Shown: positions 1 through 18,636, counted from the first letter of the stretch. The stretch is DNA of 64,000 nt from Octopus vulgaris (GCA_951406725.2 OX597817.1:73284001-73348000), one strand, 5' to 3'. Notes: generated from the letters alone by a model not told the origin. Program-made: numbers and translations.

Positions 1-330
<330 letters not shown>

Positions 331-539
331 TGATGTCCTCTCGTGTCCGCAGAAAGCTGTATATCAATAACGTAAACAACCTATGTGCTCATTGGTAACT
401 ACTTGCCCATAACCGATTCAGGTCTGCACACGCCATCACCTCAATATTGCCGGAGAAATTAGAATCAAAAGGACGGACACACACAGACGCACGCACGCAC
501 GTACGCACGCGCGCACACACACCACCTACATATATATAT

Positions 540-790
540 ATATGTCTGTATGTGTGCGTGTGTCTTTGTGTTTACTCCCTCCTCACTCCACCTTTCGACA
601 ACCGTTGTTGGTTTGTTAGCTTCCCCGTAAGCTAGCGATTTTTCAAAAGACATCGAGAGAATAAGCATCAGACTTAAGAAAAAGAAAACAAAACAAAACA
701 AAAAAACATGAATAAGTCCCCGGGTCCATTCGTTCAAGGCGGTGCCCCAGCATAGCCGCAGACTGATTACTGAAACAGGTAAATGATAAA
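540..790 (+). mobile_element. 3' half of SINE family A
   Basis: Matches 1320-1530 (gacaaccg...ccccgtaa...aataagtcccgggtc...ggcggtgccccagcatagccgcag...ctgaaaca). Confidence 0.75.
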
Positions 791-1141
791 AAATATCGTA
801 GAAGCAGCATTAACACTCATGCACACGCATGTTAACATACATATAAAAAGCGAATTCATGCAGGGTACAGGAAAAAGATTCTAGAAGATTGAATCACGCG
901 ATGACTTGGTGCTGATTGGTTGCTTAATAGACCGATCACATGAAATTATTGTGGATCGGTCGCGATATATGACCAGTTACCTGGTGGTTCGATTGCGAAA
1001 TACTGTTATAGGCGTTCCTCGGCGATATTCAAATTCAGCGCCTATAGAATTGGAACAAATATCTCACGGCTTTCTATCTTGATCCTGTCGATTTCACTGC
1101 CTACAAATAAACAAATAAATAAATAGATAAATAGATAAATA

Positions 1142-1555
1142 GACGCAGGAGTGGCTGTGTGGTAAGTAGCTTGTTTACCAACCACATGGTTCCGAGTTCA
1201 GTCCCACTACGTGGCACCTTGTGCAAGTGTCTTCTACTATAGCCTCGGGCCGACCAAAGCCTTGTGAGTGGATTTGGTAGACGGAAACTGAAAGAAGCCC
1301 GTCGTATATATATATATATGTATGTGCGTGTATGTTTGTGTGTCTGTGTTTGTACCCCTAGCATTGCTTGACAACCGATGCTGGTGTGTTTATGTCCCCG
1401 TCACTTAGCGGTTCGGCAAAAGAGACCGATAGAATAAGTACTGGGCTTACAAAGAATAAGTCCCGGGGTCGAGTTGCTCGATTAAAGGCGGTGCTCCAGC
1501 ATGGCCGCAGTCAAAATGACTGAAACAAGCAAAAAGAGAAAAAGAGAAAAAGAGT
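1142..1555 (+). mobile_element. Full-length tRNA-derived SINE, family A (CORE-like)
   Basis: A-box-like TGGCTGTGTGG, B-box-like GAGTTCAGTCC, CORE-like ggcaccttg(t/g)gcaagt, internal TA/TG tract, and a tail ending in (AAAAGAG)n. Many copies in the window. Confidence 0.88.
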
Positions 1556-2029
1556 ATGGTTCATCGGGAACTGAAAAACCTTTGTTCAAGATCTATTTGA
1601 TGAAGCCTGGTCTGGGGCAAAAAGACATTTCTGAGGTGTTCTAGATGCACATGAGTTTATACGAGTGCATATATAAGTTTATGCATGTATATGTGTGGTT
1701 GTTTATCTGTGTAAATACGCAGGTGTGTGAATATATATGTAGTGACTCCATTTAGGCATAGAGTAGATTCGAACCTGAATCGACAAATTTTCCCTAACAC
1801 TTCAACAACATTTTCTCACAGAAAAACAATAATTAATAAGAGTTACATTCAACACATGGCTTTGCCATGTCAATTTATGCCTCTTTCGCTTAAACTTTTA
1901 ACGTCTTCAATGCCATGAAAAGTTGAAATGGATAGGGAATGACCTTCATTAATTTATTCATTGTTTAAACGATATATCTCTTTTTCTGGCTGGTCTGTGT
2001 TCTTATAAATGCTAGAATTCCCTAAGGTA

Positions 2030-2490
2030 AAATCAGTTAGTGAGAACCGACTAACAGGGGAGTTAGCTGACCGGCTGAACGAAACGCTGTCTCTGAATGA
2101 AACGTCACAGAGGGACAACTATGGTAACTCACCAACGAAGCACCACTTTCACTTTCGCTAGCTCACTTTCTCTTCTCTACAACATCATTCTATCTCTTTC
2201 TTTTTACTGCTACAATGACAAGAACATGTACACTCTTATACAAGGAAAAATTAACTCTCAATTATATTATGCATGCCTGGCCGTCGTGGTATAGCTTTAC
2301 ATAAAGTAACAGTAAATAAAATTTGGAGTCAACATTAACTTCAACCACTGTTCTTCTTTCACATCTGCAACATCAACAGCCGTTACATTTGATAACAACT
2401 CAAAACGAATTACTGCCTCTACCGTTACAATTAGTAACCGCTGACTCTAACATTTATCGTTACAATTGGTAACCTCCGACTCTAACAATT
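2030..2490 (+). mobile_element. Possible LTR-retrotransposon LTR end with PBS-like motifs
   Basis: AATAAA at about 2315, then ...GTTACA followed by TTGGTAACCTCCGAC-like motifs in three degenerate copies (2383-2485). No internal ORF. Confidence 0.3.
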
Positions 2491-2546
2491 ATCATTACAT
2501 ATGTGTGTGTGTATGTGTGTGTGCGTTTGTGTGTGTGTGATTGTGC

Positions 2547-3490
<944 letters not shown>

Positions 3491-3511
3491 AATGATACAT
3501 ACATACATACA

Positions 3512-3547
<36 letters not shown>

Positions 3548-3554
3548 TATATAT

Positions 3555-4004
3555 CGTTTGGCTTAACAGCCCTTCTTGTTTGTGTTACTGTTATTCTCCG
3601 TGTCCTGTCTTTTACTGTTTATATTTTGTACTGTTGTTACTGTCCTGTTTTTGTTACCATTTTTACCCCTCCGCAAAAAAATCTCAAATTTTATTTAATT
3701 TGATTTTCGCGGGAAGGAAAATTTCATTGAAGTCATGTATCGCCTTGACCTTCGAAACGTGGAGTAGATGAAATTAAGGCGACTGAAGAATGGGAATTTT
3801 CCTTGTTTTGTATGTCCTGTACTCTATTTTTTCGTTGTTTAAAAAATGTCCATTTCCTTGGTATAGTGTTTACGTTATTCGTTTCTCATTGTGTTCGACA
3901 TTTTTTTGGTGTCCTGTACCCATATATGCATGTATATATACATGTAGAGGTAGGTACGTACATATATGTATGTATATATGCATATGTTTTATTTATTTTA
4001 AATT

Positions 4005-4010
<6 letters not shown>
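3555..4010 (+). repeat. Dispersed T-rich repeat (second copy at about 50875-51130), possibly a Penelope terminal-repeat derivative
   Basis: Shared ggagtagatgaaa...actgaaga...cgtttctcattgtgttc...cccatatat.catgtatatataca. Confidence 0.6.
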
Positions 4011-4034
<24 letters not shown>

Positions 4035-4035
<1 letters not shown>

Positions 4036-4151
4036 CACGGGACGGGACCGACCAGACCATCAGATGTTGTTACACATCGCTGGTCACAATGCGTTCGCAT
4101 TGTTTTAGCCTTCAAATGACGCCACCCCGCTGGCTAAGCGAGCAGGCCAAT
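4035..4151 (-). mobile_element. 3' fragment of SINE family C
   Basis: Reverse complement of 50740-50860. Confidence 0.85.
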
Positions 4152-4156
4152 ATATG

Positions 4157-4233
<77 letters not shown>

Positions 4234-4562
4234 GTATATTATATATATTAGTGTACATATATGTATATATATGTATATATATTTACATATATCTACACAC
4301 ATATGCTTGTTAGTGTGTGTGCGTGCATAAATGTGTGTGTGTGTTTGTATGTGTGTGTGTGTAAATATCCATTTATTGTGAAAATATGTTTGAAGAGTCA
4401 ATTTATTTCATGATTGAGCTGGATTTGTGCGGAGTGGTTGATACGCGCGTGGGATGTAGTATGCTGTGGTGTGGTGTAGTATGTTTGAATAAATGAGTGC
4501 GTGGTGGGTCAATTTATCTTGTTTTAAATCTTATTTGCCATCTTGAAATACTGACAGGGAGC

Positions 4563-4564
<2 letters not shown>

Positions 4565-4627
<63 letters not shown>

Positions 4628-4698
4628 CAAAGGGAGAAAAGATGTGGTAGTTGTGGTGGTGGGGGAGGAAAAGGTGTGTGATATAATTAGATTGAACT

Positions 4699-4752
<54 letters not shown>

Positions 4753-4841
4753 GGAGAGAGAGAGAAACGGAAAGATAAAGGGAGAAAAAGGGAGAAAAGA
4801 ATGAGATTGTGAAATAGTAATAAATAAATTAATAGCTCGTC

Positions 4842-4903
<62 letters not shown>

Positions 4904-4959
4904 GTCTATCTGTCTGTCTGTCTGTCCGTCCGTCCGTCCGTCTGTCCGTCCGTCCGTCA

Positions 4960-5020
<61 letters not shown>

Positions 5021-5080
5021 CCTGTCTGTCTGTCTGTGTGTCTGTCAGTCAGTCAGTCTATCTATCTATCTATCTGTCTA

Positions 5081-5119
<39 letters not shown>

Positions 5120-5141
5120 GTATGCATGTATGAATCACTAT

Positions 5142-5194
<53 letters not shown>

Positions 5195-5200
5195 TAGGGA
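4565..5200. repeat. Compound microsatellites (GA)n, (TCTA)n/(TCTG)n/(TCCG)n, (TA)n
   Basis: Direct. Confidence 0.95.
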
Positions 5201-5789
5201 GAGAGATAGATCGGTAGAGGGTCAGATAGTTAGATACATAGTTAGATAGGCAGTAAGCTAGTTAGGCATATTGATTGACAGTTGGAAATACACGTAGCTA
5301 TAAAGATAGCTAAGATGGCCACTGAGACAGGATAGTGTAAATAAAGACGTGGGCGTTGAACGCCTAGTAGAAAACTCAAGACGTGCACTAATGCTCTGAG
5401 ACCAATCAATCTCTCTTTCACTTTCTCTTTTTCTCACCCTCTCTTTCTCTCTCTCTTTCTCTCTGTCTCCGTCTCTCTTTTTACACTATGTTTGTGTGTT
5501 CGTATGTGTTGTGTGTGTGTGTGAGAATGTATAAATAAATATTTACATGCTTATGCGTATGGCTTAGGCTATTTGCGAGTGCTCTTGCTAATATGTAATG
5601 TATTACAACCTGTATGTATGTATTCTCACGCTAACTTGCTTCTTAAAGAAGGTTTCAAGGATGCCCTGGAGAAAAAAACATGAAATGAATTAAAGGGAAT
5701 GTAGAGCCGAGCATAGAGAGTCAACGACTATGTAGCAATAGGACTGCTCGCAATGAGGCAGCCCTTCGTTATAACATGAGTCTGCTTCT

Positions 5790-7141
<1,352 letters not shown>

Positions 7142-7702
7142 TATACGTACATATATATATATAAATATGTATATGTGCGTTTGAATGTATACACATACAT
7201 GCATGCAGGTACACACACTCTCTCTCTCACATACGTGCATACGTAAATAGATATATATTTTATATATATATCCTCCATCTATATCATTCTGCCATCTTGT
7301 TTGCACTTCTATAATTTTCCCGCCCTGCTGTATTCATAATAGTTTCCGTTGTCGGTGGTAGAGATGCTCGTAGGGAGATTAAAAAAAAAACTTCCTGTTA
7401 AACAAACGAAAGTTCATTTTTACACAAAGACACATCTGCCACATCTGCACGGCTTTCAGCAACTTCCAATTGTTGTTAGTTCTCACTCAACCCATCATTT
7501 TTTAAAAACAAGATTCGAAAATGAAATCAGTGAAAAGAACTAGAAAAAACAAAACAAAACAAAATATTAAAAAAACGGAAACAAAAAAAAAGAATAACAA
7601 AGAAATAGAAAACAAAATAAAAAATAGGCGCTTACAAAAGCGGAAATAAGAAAAAAGTCTTATGAAGAAATAAACAAGGTATAAAGAAGGCTTAAACATC
7701 AT

Positions 7703-7853
7703 CTTCTTCTTCTTCTTCTTCTTCTTCTTCTTCTTCTTCTTCTTCTTCTTCTTCTTCTTCTTCTTCTTCTTCTTCTTCTTCTTCTTCTTCTTCTTCTTCT
7801 TCTTCTTCTTCTTCTTCTTCTTCTTCTTCTTCTTCTTCTTCTTCTTCTTCTTC

Positions 7854-7890
<37 letters not shown>
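7703..7890. repeat. (TTC)n + (TCA)n microsatellite
   Basis: Direct; source of the polyK/polyE ORFs. Confidence 0.98.
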
Positions 7891-7891
<1 letters not shown>

Positions 7892-8041
7892 AACAATGAT
7901 GATGATAATAAAAATAATAATTTTCAAAGAATTTTGGGAGTAAATGATAAATCATGGAGTCAATATATCATAAATAACAAACGTTTATGTAAAAATCTGA
8001 GCTTAGAGGAGTGGATGGTGAATCAGCGAAAGGAAAGCGTA

Positions 8042-8088
<47 letters not shown>

Positions 8089-8138
8089 TTTCAAACGGGA
8101 TGTAACACTATGATTTAAAGCGCCAACAGTACATAAGA

Positions 8139-8198
<60 letters not shown>

Positions 8199-9104
8199 TA
8201 TGTACATCTATGTGTGAATATGTGCTATATATACATACATACAGACACACACTCACGCAGACATATATGTACACACACACACACACATGAATATATATAT
8301 ATATATATATAAAATTTATATAATTTATATAAGCAAACATGAAGAATTACATACGTACATAGATACAAGTACATACATTCCTATACACACACATGCACGC
8401 ACGCACACACACACACATATGGGAATGCATATATGTACACCACTTTATGTCTTGGCTATGACTTAAATTGCATCCAGTTCTGGAGTTCGGGAGACCCAGG
8501 ATTTTGAATTCGGAACCACCTCTGAGCCCCTATTCTTCTCAGGTCTACTCCAACTCGGTTATATAGTATGTGTCAGGGTCCCAGCTATGGTTTAAGTAAC
8601 GTATGTGATATCATTGTATCTGATAGCGGGTACGCAGAAATACCCACGGCTGGTGTCAGGGCGCACAGTAAAACCATTGGGAGTGAGTGACCCCTAGCTG
8701 TTGTCGCAGCGTACTTCTAGGAGAGGAACACTGATGTAAAACCTGAGGTTTCACGTAATTACTGGTCATCTCGCTTCGGCCAGAAACTAGGCACAAATCA
8801 CCGAGACTCAGAGTGTGGTAATCGAATTGTACAAGTGTTTATCGTTATAATCCAATGACGTATAGATGTCTCTGCATGATGACCTCATTTGTCATTCCAA
8901 GTTGTGAAAAGTTCTATGGTGATAGATGAGTGGTGACGTGTGCAGACCTAACTTTCGCTTGTCACCTATGCTCCAAACCATGCAAATGTGCAACGGCACT
9001 GAATTGTCATCTGAGAGGTCATGGATGGACATTCAGAAATGTCATTGACAACGAGGAAATACGAGACGGCAACCATCTGTGAAGATGGAGCAATCATCAT
9101 AGGC

Positions 9105-9321
9105 TTTTATCTTTTACTTGCTTCGCTCATTGGATTGCGACCATGTTCGGGCACCGTCTTGAAAGGTTTAGTCGAACAAATCGACTCCAGGAATTTTTTG
9201 AAGTCTGGTATTTATACTATCGTTCTATTTGCTACGTTATGGTGATGTAAGCAAACCAACACTTGTTGTAAAGTGGTGGTGGAACACGTACACTCTCTCT
9301 CTCTCACTCACACACACACAT

Positions 9322-9403
<82 letters not shown>

Positions 9404-9570
9404 CGGGCTTATTTCGGTTTCTGCGTATCAAATCCACTCATAAGGCTATGGTCGGTGCGGAGCCATAGTAGAAAGCTGTCGGGCAAGGTGCCACGCAATG
9501 GGACTACACTCGGAACTATGTGGCTGATAGGCAGAGAAACAAACGTCTAACGGCATAGCCACGTCTGCGC
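9105..9570 (-). mobile_element. SINE family A, diverged copy
   Basis: Reverse-strand tail (cttttacttg...gcgaccatgttcgggcaccg) and head (ggcaaggtgccacgcaatgggact). Confidence 0.75.
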
Positions 9571-9614
9571 CAATATATATATATATACACACACACACAC
9601 AAACATATATATAC

Positions 9615-9702
<88 letters not shown>

Positions 9703-9814
9703 GGAATATATATATATATAGTCATCTAAATTACGCAGTTTTCGAATCCATAAGGAACATACACACCACACACCGACACATATATACACAAACTCTATTT
9801 TATAGATACAGATA

Positions 9815-9975
9815 TATACGAATGGCTTCTTTTAGTTTTCGTCTACCAGATCCATTCACAAGGCTTTGACCAGTTCGAGGTTATAGTAGAAGACACTTGG
9901 CCAAGTTGCCACGCAGTGGGACTGAACCTGGAACCATGTGGTTGGGAAGCAAGCTTCTTACCACATAGCGACATC
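9815..9975 (-). mobile_element. SINE family A 5' half (duplicated at 10715-10875)
   Basis: Reverse complement of 1142-1300. Confidence 0.85.
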
Positions 9976-10561
9976 TCATATATATAGATACCCTAATTTA
10001 TAATTTTAATAATTATTACCTATGAAGGTTATTTTTTCCATGCTGATCACTTGATAAAATCGTTATTTTATTTTACATTAACCATCTTATCCTTATTTAT
10101 GTAAATTTAAATTTATTTCGTCACTATATTTTACTCATATCTCACATGGAATTAAACGGCGGGCATTTTGAACTGAACATGATGCATACGTGCATATATT
10201 TGTAGGTATACGTTCGTATATGTAGTATTCACATGTTGTATTTATTGGTGGAACACGTACACTCTCTCTCTCTCACTCACACACACACATACATATACAC
10301 GCACACTCAGACAATCCAGGATCTAGGATTATCCAGTAAATTTTTACTAGTTTCATCTGTCTCTTTGTTTTCTCTCCGTGTTGATATATGGACAATTAAA
10401 GTGGTTTTAGAGTCAGATCATGGCTGCTATTTTCAGCATGGTGGTATCTCATAGATACCCTAATTTATAATTTTAATAATTATTACCTTTGAAGGTTATT
10501 TTTTCCATGCTGACCACTTGATAAAATCGTTATTTTATTTTAAATTAACGATCTTATACAT

Positions 10562-10597
<36 letters not shown>

Positions 10598-10881
10598 GGA
10601 AGGTATATATATATATAGTCATCTAACATGGACGCAGTATCGAATCCATAAGGAACATACACACCACACACCGACACATATATACACAAACTCTATTTTA
10701 TAGATACAGGATATATACGAATGGCTTCTTTTAGTTTTCGTCTACCAGATCCATTCACAAGGCTTTGACCAGTTCGAGGTTATAGTAGAAGACACTGGCC
10801 AAGTTGCCACGCAGTGGACTGAACCTGGAACCATGTGGTTGGGAAGCAAGCTTCTTACCACATAGCGACATCTCATATATA

Positions 10882-11478
10882 TAGATACCCTAATTTATAA
10901 TTTTAATAATGGAATACAGAAACTATGAAGGTTATTTTTTCCAGAAGCTGATCAACTTGATAAAATCGTTATTTTATTTTACATTAACCATCTTATCCTT
11001 ATTTATGTAAATTTAAATTTATTTCGTCACTATATTTTACTCATATCTCACATGGAATTAAACGGCGGGCATTTTGAACTGAACATGATGCATACGTGCA
11101 TATATTTGTAGGTATACGTTCGTATATGTAGTATTCACATGTTGTATTTATATATATATGTATTTATGTTTCTTTTCTGTGAGTATTCTACTGACGAGGC
11201 AAAGCATTCCTAAATGTAAAGTCAGAAATCCAGGATCTAGGATTATCCAGTAAATTTTTACTAGTTTCATCTTGTCTCTTTGTTTTCTCTCCGTGTTGAT
11301 ATATGGACAATTAAAGTGGTTTTAGAGTCAGATCATGGCTGCTATTTTCAGCATGGTGGTATCTCATAGATACCCTAATTTATAATTTTAATAATTATTA
11401 CCTTTGAAGGTTATTTTTTCCATGCTGACCACTTGATAAAATCGTTATTTTATTTTAAATTAACGATCTTATCCTTAT
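10882..11478 (+). mobile_element. Non-coding element with about 110-bp terminal direct repeats and an internal hammerhead (PLE terminal repeat or retrozyme-like)
   Basis: tagataccctaatttataa...atcttatcctta at 10882-11000 recurs at 11367-11478; a type I hammerhead fold lies between them. Confidence 0.65.
11185..11243 (+). ncRNA. Putative type I hammerhead ribozyme
   Basis: Stem I AUUCUA/UAGGAU, core CUGACGA, stem II GGC...GUC with inner GCAUU/AAUGU, GAAA, stem III UCC-a-GGA, cleavage triplet AUC after 11237. One extra A precedes GAAA. Confidence 0.6.
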
Positions 11479-11496
11479 ATATATATATATATATAT

Positions 11497-13015
<1,519 letters not shown>

Positions 13016-13084
13016 ATATATGTATATATATGTATATGTATCTATATGTATGTATATATGTTTATCAAGGCCTGTGTATATCAA

Positions 13085-14535
13085 GTGAAAAAGATAACAT
13101 CTCTGTAAACTTTATTGACGTTAACTTCAACCTATTTACCAACCTTATCATAAACCTAACGCCAACATTATATATATAAACGCAAACAGTAACCATCCAC
13201 ATAATATTATTGCAAATATAGAGAGAAGAATCAATTACCTATCTTCTAACGAAGAAGTATTTAATAAACACAACGATTGTTACAATATAGCATTTAAGAA
13301 GGCAACATATATGTATGAAATTAAGTACAATAGGAACTGCAACACTACTAAGAATCATATTAAAAATAATTGCATAAATAATAATGTTATGACAAGAGAC
13401 TTAGACACCTATAACGAAACAATATACCCTCATAATGACAAAAATGAAAAGTCCCAACACTATCCATAAATATAACAAACATGTTAAACAGGCCAATTAT
13501 AATAATAAAAACATTAAACTAAATCACGATGAACATTACACCAGAAATAAAATTAAAAATAAGAACACGAATCATAATAATTATTATCACTCTTCTAATC
13601 ACACTAATGACAATAACCCCCTAAATAATGCTTGCATAAATAACAACTATATGAAAAATGATAAGAATAAAAACAAAGATAACTAAAAAGAAAAATATGA
13701 ATAGCCAGAAAATTAATAATGATAATAAAAACATAGTAAAAAAGAAACCAATACCATGTGTGAGAAAAAATGATATTCTGACTACAAATCAATGCTCAAC
13801 CAAGGTAGACCCAAATAAAACCATATGGATAATATTACCTTTCGCTAAACATTTAAAGACAAGCTTTATAAAATCTATTAGAAAGATTATTAATAAAAAA
13901 TCTTTAAAAACATTAGATACGCAAAAATATTTAATAATAAACATATCAGATTCGAATTTTCAGTTTCTCCCGACCTTTTCAAGATAACAACTTCATTTAG
14001 TAATAGGAAACTAGATATATTCTATGAAAATAAAAAAAAAATCACAAACTGAACCTAAAGCATACAAAAATAGTGAAAAATTAGAACATAATGGTACAAA
14101 TAACAATATAAATACTCCTAATAACTACAACCTATATAAATCAACAAAGAACAATAACACCCCATTACCTATACACAATAATTGTAATTGTAGAGATCCA
14201 AACGCATGTAAGTTAGAGATTATAAAAAATGTAGTATATCAAACAACAATCATAACACAGGATTCCTCAAAATACCATTATACCGGATGTACACAAAACT
14301 GGATCAAACCACGAATCGATATTTAGGGACCAAAGCAAAATGAACAGTACTAGACTTTAAAAAAAAAACAATATTAATTTCATAATTAAATGGAAAATTT
14401 TAACATATGCACCTTCTTACAAAATTAACAATAAATTTTGTAGATTATGCCTAGAAGAAAACTATAAAATAATGAATATAAACGAGAACCTAGTTAATAC
14501 GAGGGATGAAAAAGTTTTTTTCATGTAAACACATG
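13085..14535 (+). mobile_element. Decayed Penelope-like element ORF: RT C-terminus, Asn/Lys-rich linker, GIY-YIG
   Basis: SVNFIDVNFNL, PYHKPN, IYINANSNHP, RRINYLSSNEEVF, CNCRDPNAC..KNVVYQ..YTGCT, KWKILTYAPSY...CRLCLEE. Multiple stops and frameshifts. Confidence 0.85.
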
Positions 14536-14536
14536 C

Positions 14537-14567
<31 letters not shown>

Positions 14568-15063
14568 TGTATGTATGTATGTATGTATGTATGTATATAT
14601 ATATATATATATATATATGCATGTGTGTATGTATGTGTATTTATATGTATACATATGTATATATATATATATATATATATGCGTGTGTATGTGTGTGTAC
14701 ATATATACACCTAAATGTCCAGTTATACTATCCACTAATCATAAACTAATTTATTTATAATTTTTTGAAATTTTTATAATGTATATATGTACGTATGTAC
14801 ATTTGTATGGGCATATATACCTTTAGGCCGGCATATAAGCATTAATTTACGAGCATACGTGTACATATGTGTGAGTATTGTATGTATAAAAAGTATATAA
14901 CTGTGTATTAGTATATATGGGTGTATTCGTACACACATCAAGGTCTGTATAGGTACCTGAATGGATAAGTATTGTTGTTTGAATATGTTTGTATATATAT
15001 ATGTGTGTATACACAAGTATGAATGAATTTGTTGAACAGTGTTTAATAAGTTAAACCATATAC

Positions 15064-15101
<38 letters not shown>

Positions 15102-15251
15102 AGTGTGTGTGTGTGTATGTATGTATGCATGTACGTATGTATATGAGATAGTCATGAAACTCGGAGTAGGAACAGAGAGAACACTCAGCATTGTAGGAGA
15201 GCCCAGAGTGTGATGATGAGTTTAAAGTTATGCTAATTGAAAAGTTGTTTG

Positions 15252-15310
<59 letters not shown>

Positions 15311-16157
15311 TTAGTAGTGTCAAAGGTAGAATAAGGTAGTTAAAAACGACACTTAAGTTATTGAGAAAGGATAATGAATTATCGAAGAAAAGCAAAAATA
15401 ATCATCTGGGCTTAATTAAAGATATCTTGCGCAAATTATTCCGTTAGCCGTTTTAAAAATATTCATGATAGTCATCTTTGTACCATATTTAATATATATA
15501 CACTGTTGATAGGCTAGATACTGCCGTATTTGTCCTGAGATAACATCGCTTACCTACTTTGCTGTTTATAAAACACAATAAATATGGATTTATGATAGTA
15601 TTTATTGATTATTATATCAGTTAAAAATTTCAAATGAAATCATTACTCTCTTGCTCCCATGCAACTTTACTTTGACAAACGTGTTACTTCAAAAGTATAT
15701 GGGAAGTAATAATCATTCTAAAAAAAGGACAAAACAAAACAAAAAACACCAGTATCTTACCGTTGGAAATTCAGGTATTATGGCTTAAAATATATGAAAA
15801 ATTTTATGTTTCGTAGCATAATTATTATAGTAATAGAATAAATAAATGAGTTTTTTTAAAGAAAGGTTATTGCGAGTACATTTTATATTAGAAAGTAAAT
15901 TTTAAAGAATAAATTTTTAAATTGCTATAGTAATTTGGTAAATTCAGTATAAAAACGATGAATTTTTTTTGTCGGTAGAAAGAATTTTTTATAAGTATTA
16001 TCATATAAAGCATCTACTACCGTTTCATATGGTGTTAAAAAGCAGAACACCGCCAATTTGTGAAGGAATAATCGATGAACGATGAATGTATCTAAAACTA
16101 AAACCTATAAATCAAAAAAGTAGACATCTATGTATTGCGTGTGAAGTTTAACGGAAA

Positions 16158-16267
<110 letters not shown>

Positions 16268-16727
16268 AACTATCTATCTATCTATCCATATTTATGTGCG
16301 AGGTGAATGAAAACCTGTTCATTCGAAGAGAGATATTTTGCAGTAATTATGTCAAGCCAAAGAATTTTCTCTCTTTACTCCACTGTCCACTTTGTATATC
16401 GTATCTTGCAAGACCAACGAAATAAGTACAACATACAATTGACCAAGTACCAGTGAAGGCAGTGCTCTAACATGGTCGCAAACTGATGGCTAAAATTAGT
16501 AAAAGGAAACACAAAGGTATAAAATATATAAGAACTGAAAATTTTATATAAATTTATACATAAAACACAAAGGCAAAAAATATAGAAAAAGGGAAAATTT
16601 TATATCAGTTTTCTGATATGCTTTAATGATAAAACGTTCAGCCACTCTTTCAGACATTAATCAACTCGCTTAATAAATCAATCAATCAAGCAAACAAAAA
16701 GCATTAAAGCAGTACCACCTTATTTGT

Positions 16728-16758
<31 letters not shown>

Positions 16759-16842
16759 TTATTTTTAGTAATTGAAATATGTTGGAAAATAAAGTATGAC
16801 GGCAATAGCGGTAGTCTTGTAAAGTTCTTATCAAGTAATTTC

Positions 16843-16910
<68 letters not shown>

Positions 16911-17080
16911 CGCACTCATACAGACAAATCTAAACTCCTACAAAAGGAACGAACTAAAATAGATAATAGTAACAATAAAAATAAACAACACTATTTGTAA
17001 TATTAAAATTGCTGCCTTGAGGCATAAAGTAACATCGACCAAATTCTTGAGAATATTGTAATCACTTTATATGTGTATGT

Positions 17081-17118
<38 letters not shown>

Positions 17119-17301
17119 CTGTATATGCCATATTTTAAACGGCAGCGCTATATTAAAACACTATATTTCATTAAACATTCACAAACATCTACAAAAATAG
17201 TAAAACAAAAAAGAACAACAAAATGCATGCAACTATCTCACCATCGGCACAAATCAATATTCCGCGTGTGTGTGTGTGCATATATGCATATATATATATA
17301 C

Positions 17302-17367
<66 letters not shown>

Positions 17368-17408
17368 ATTTATGCATATATATATACACATGTATATTTA
17401 TGCATATA

Positions 17409-17499
<91 letters not shown>

Positions 17500-18111
17500 G
17501 TATATGTGTGTGTATATACATATTCGTTTATATCTGCATATGTATTTACATGTATATATTCATAAATGTGTGTTTATATATGCATATTTATTTACATGTG
17601 TATATATGTGTATATAAATATATGAATGCATGTGTATGAATATGCTTTCCACGCGTACACGTGTGTGCAAAGTATTTCTTTCTTTTAATTAGCATATAAT
17701 TTTAGCCTCGTTGTATAAACAAAGTAGTTATACTATAAGTCTTTATCTCAACACGTTGTAACCTCTTTGTTTATTTCTTTTGGCAAGGCTAAAATTGTAT
17801 GTTTACTAATAGAAAAAATCTAAAAGTTCTTCCTAAAATTTCAAATCGTAAAAAAACAAAACGAAACAAAACAGAATAATCTCATACAATACATTATTAA
17901 TTAATCAGTTATTTACGTTGTCAGTGCATGTGCGATTATGTCAATTAAACTGATTATTTTTTTTTCTTGTTGAGTTCAGAGGAAGAGCCAGGACCCATGA
18001 CGCTTCTACTCCCTTCGGGACTAGTGAGATCGATGTCGTTAATGCTTCATTTAAACTATTGTGCAAGTAAATAGCTACGGGAAAGACGTGAGCGGCGAAG
18101 AAATTGTAGAG

Positions 18112-18636
18112 CAGTGGTTATCAACCGGGGTCCACATGGGCCTTGAAGGTCCATATAAGATTTTGTTATTAAAATTACTTGCAATAGATTTATTATACTT
18201 CTACAATACACAGAATATCTTAATAATTTTTATGCAGTTCCTAATAATATTTAATCATATAAATTACAATATAGTTTTTTTAAATCATCAAATGGCTAGG
18301 CGGGTGCATGTTGTAAAGTGGGCTCCTCTCACTGATGTCATGTGTGACTGCCGTTGTACTGTAGTTGCTGTTTTACACTAGTAACCACAATAGTTACTAG
18401 TCATCGGATACCATTGTATCTCTTCTTACCGGAATTGTAATACACTAACTTCTGTCTTACTGTCGCTGATAGCTCCACAAGACACCAACCAGAACTGTCG
18501 ACTCTCAGTTCTTCGACACTCGACCCTCTCTTGACGATAGGCTACTGATTTATTACCGGGAGAGGTTAGAGTTTCACTATACAACAGCTCATCAAAAGGG
18601 TTCACAAGTAAAAAAAAAAATGGTTGAGAAACACTG
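18112..18636. mobile_element. hAT-like non-autonomous DNA element, interrupted by an unrelated TG...CA segment (about 18336-18582)
   Basis: Ends CAGTGGTTATCAACC and GGTTGAGAAACACTG are imperfect inverted repeats of hAT type. No TSD recovered. Confidence 0.55.

Noticed and set aside
2383-2490. Short spaced repeats as a CRISPR-like array
   Set aside because: Only three degenerate units, no unique spacers, no cas genes, and a eukaryotic context.
7502-7955. PolyK and polyD/E proteins
   Set aside because: Pure (TTC)n(TCA)n microsatellite.
8450-9100. Possible LINE 5' UTR or endonuclease relic (LVTYAPN)
   Set aside because: Single short motif with no continuous frame.
18336-18582. Solo LTR (TG...CA)
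   Set aside because: No TSD and no second copy in the window; kept only as an unclassified insert.
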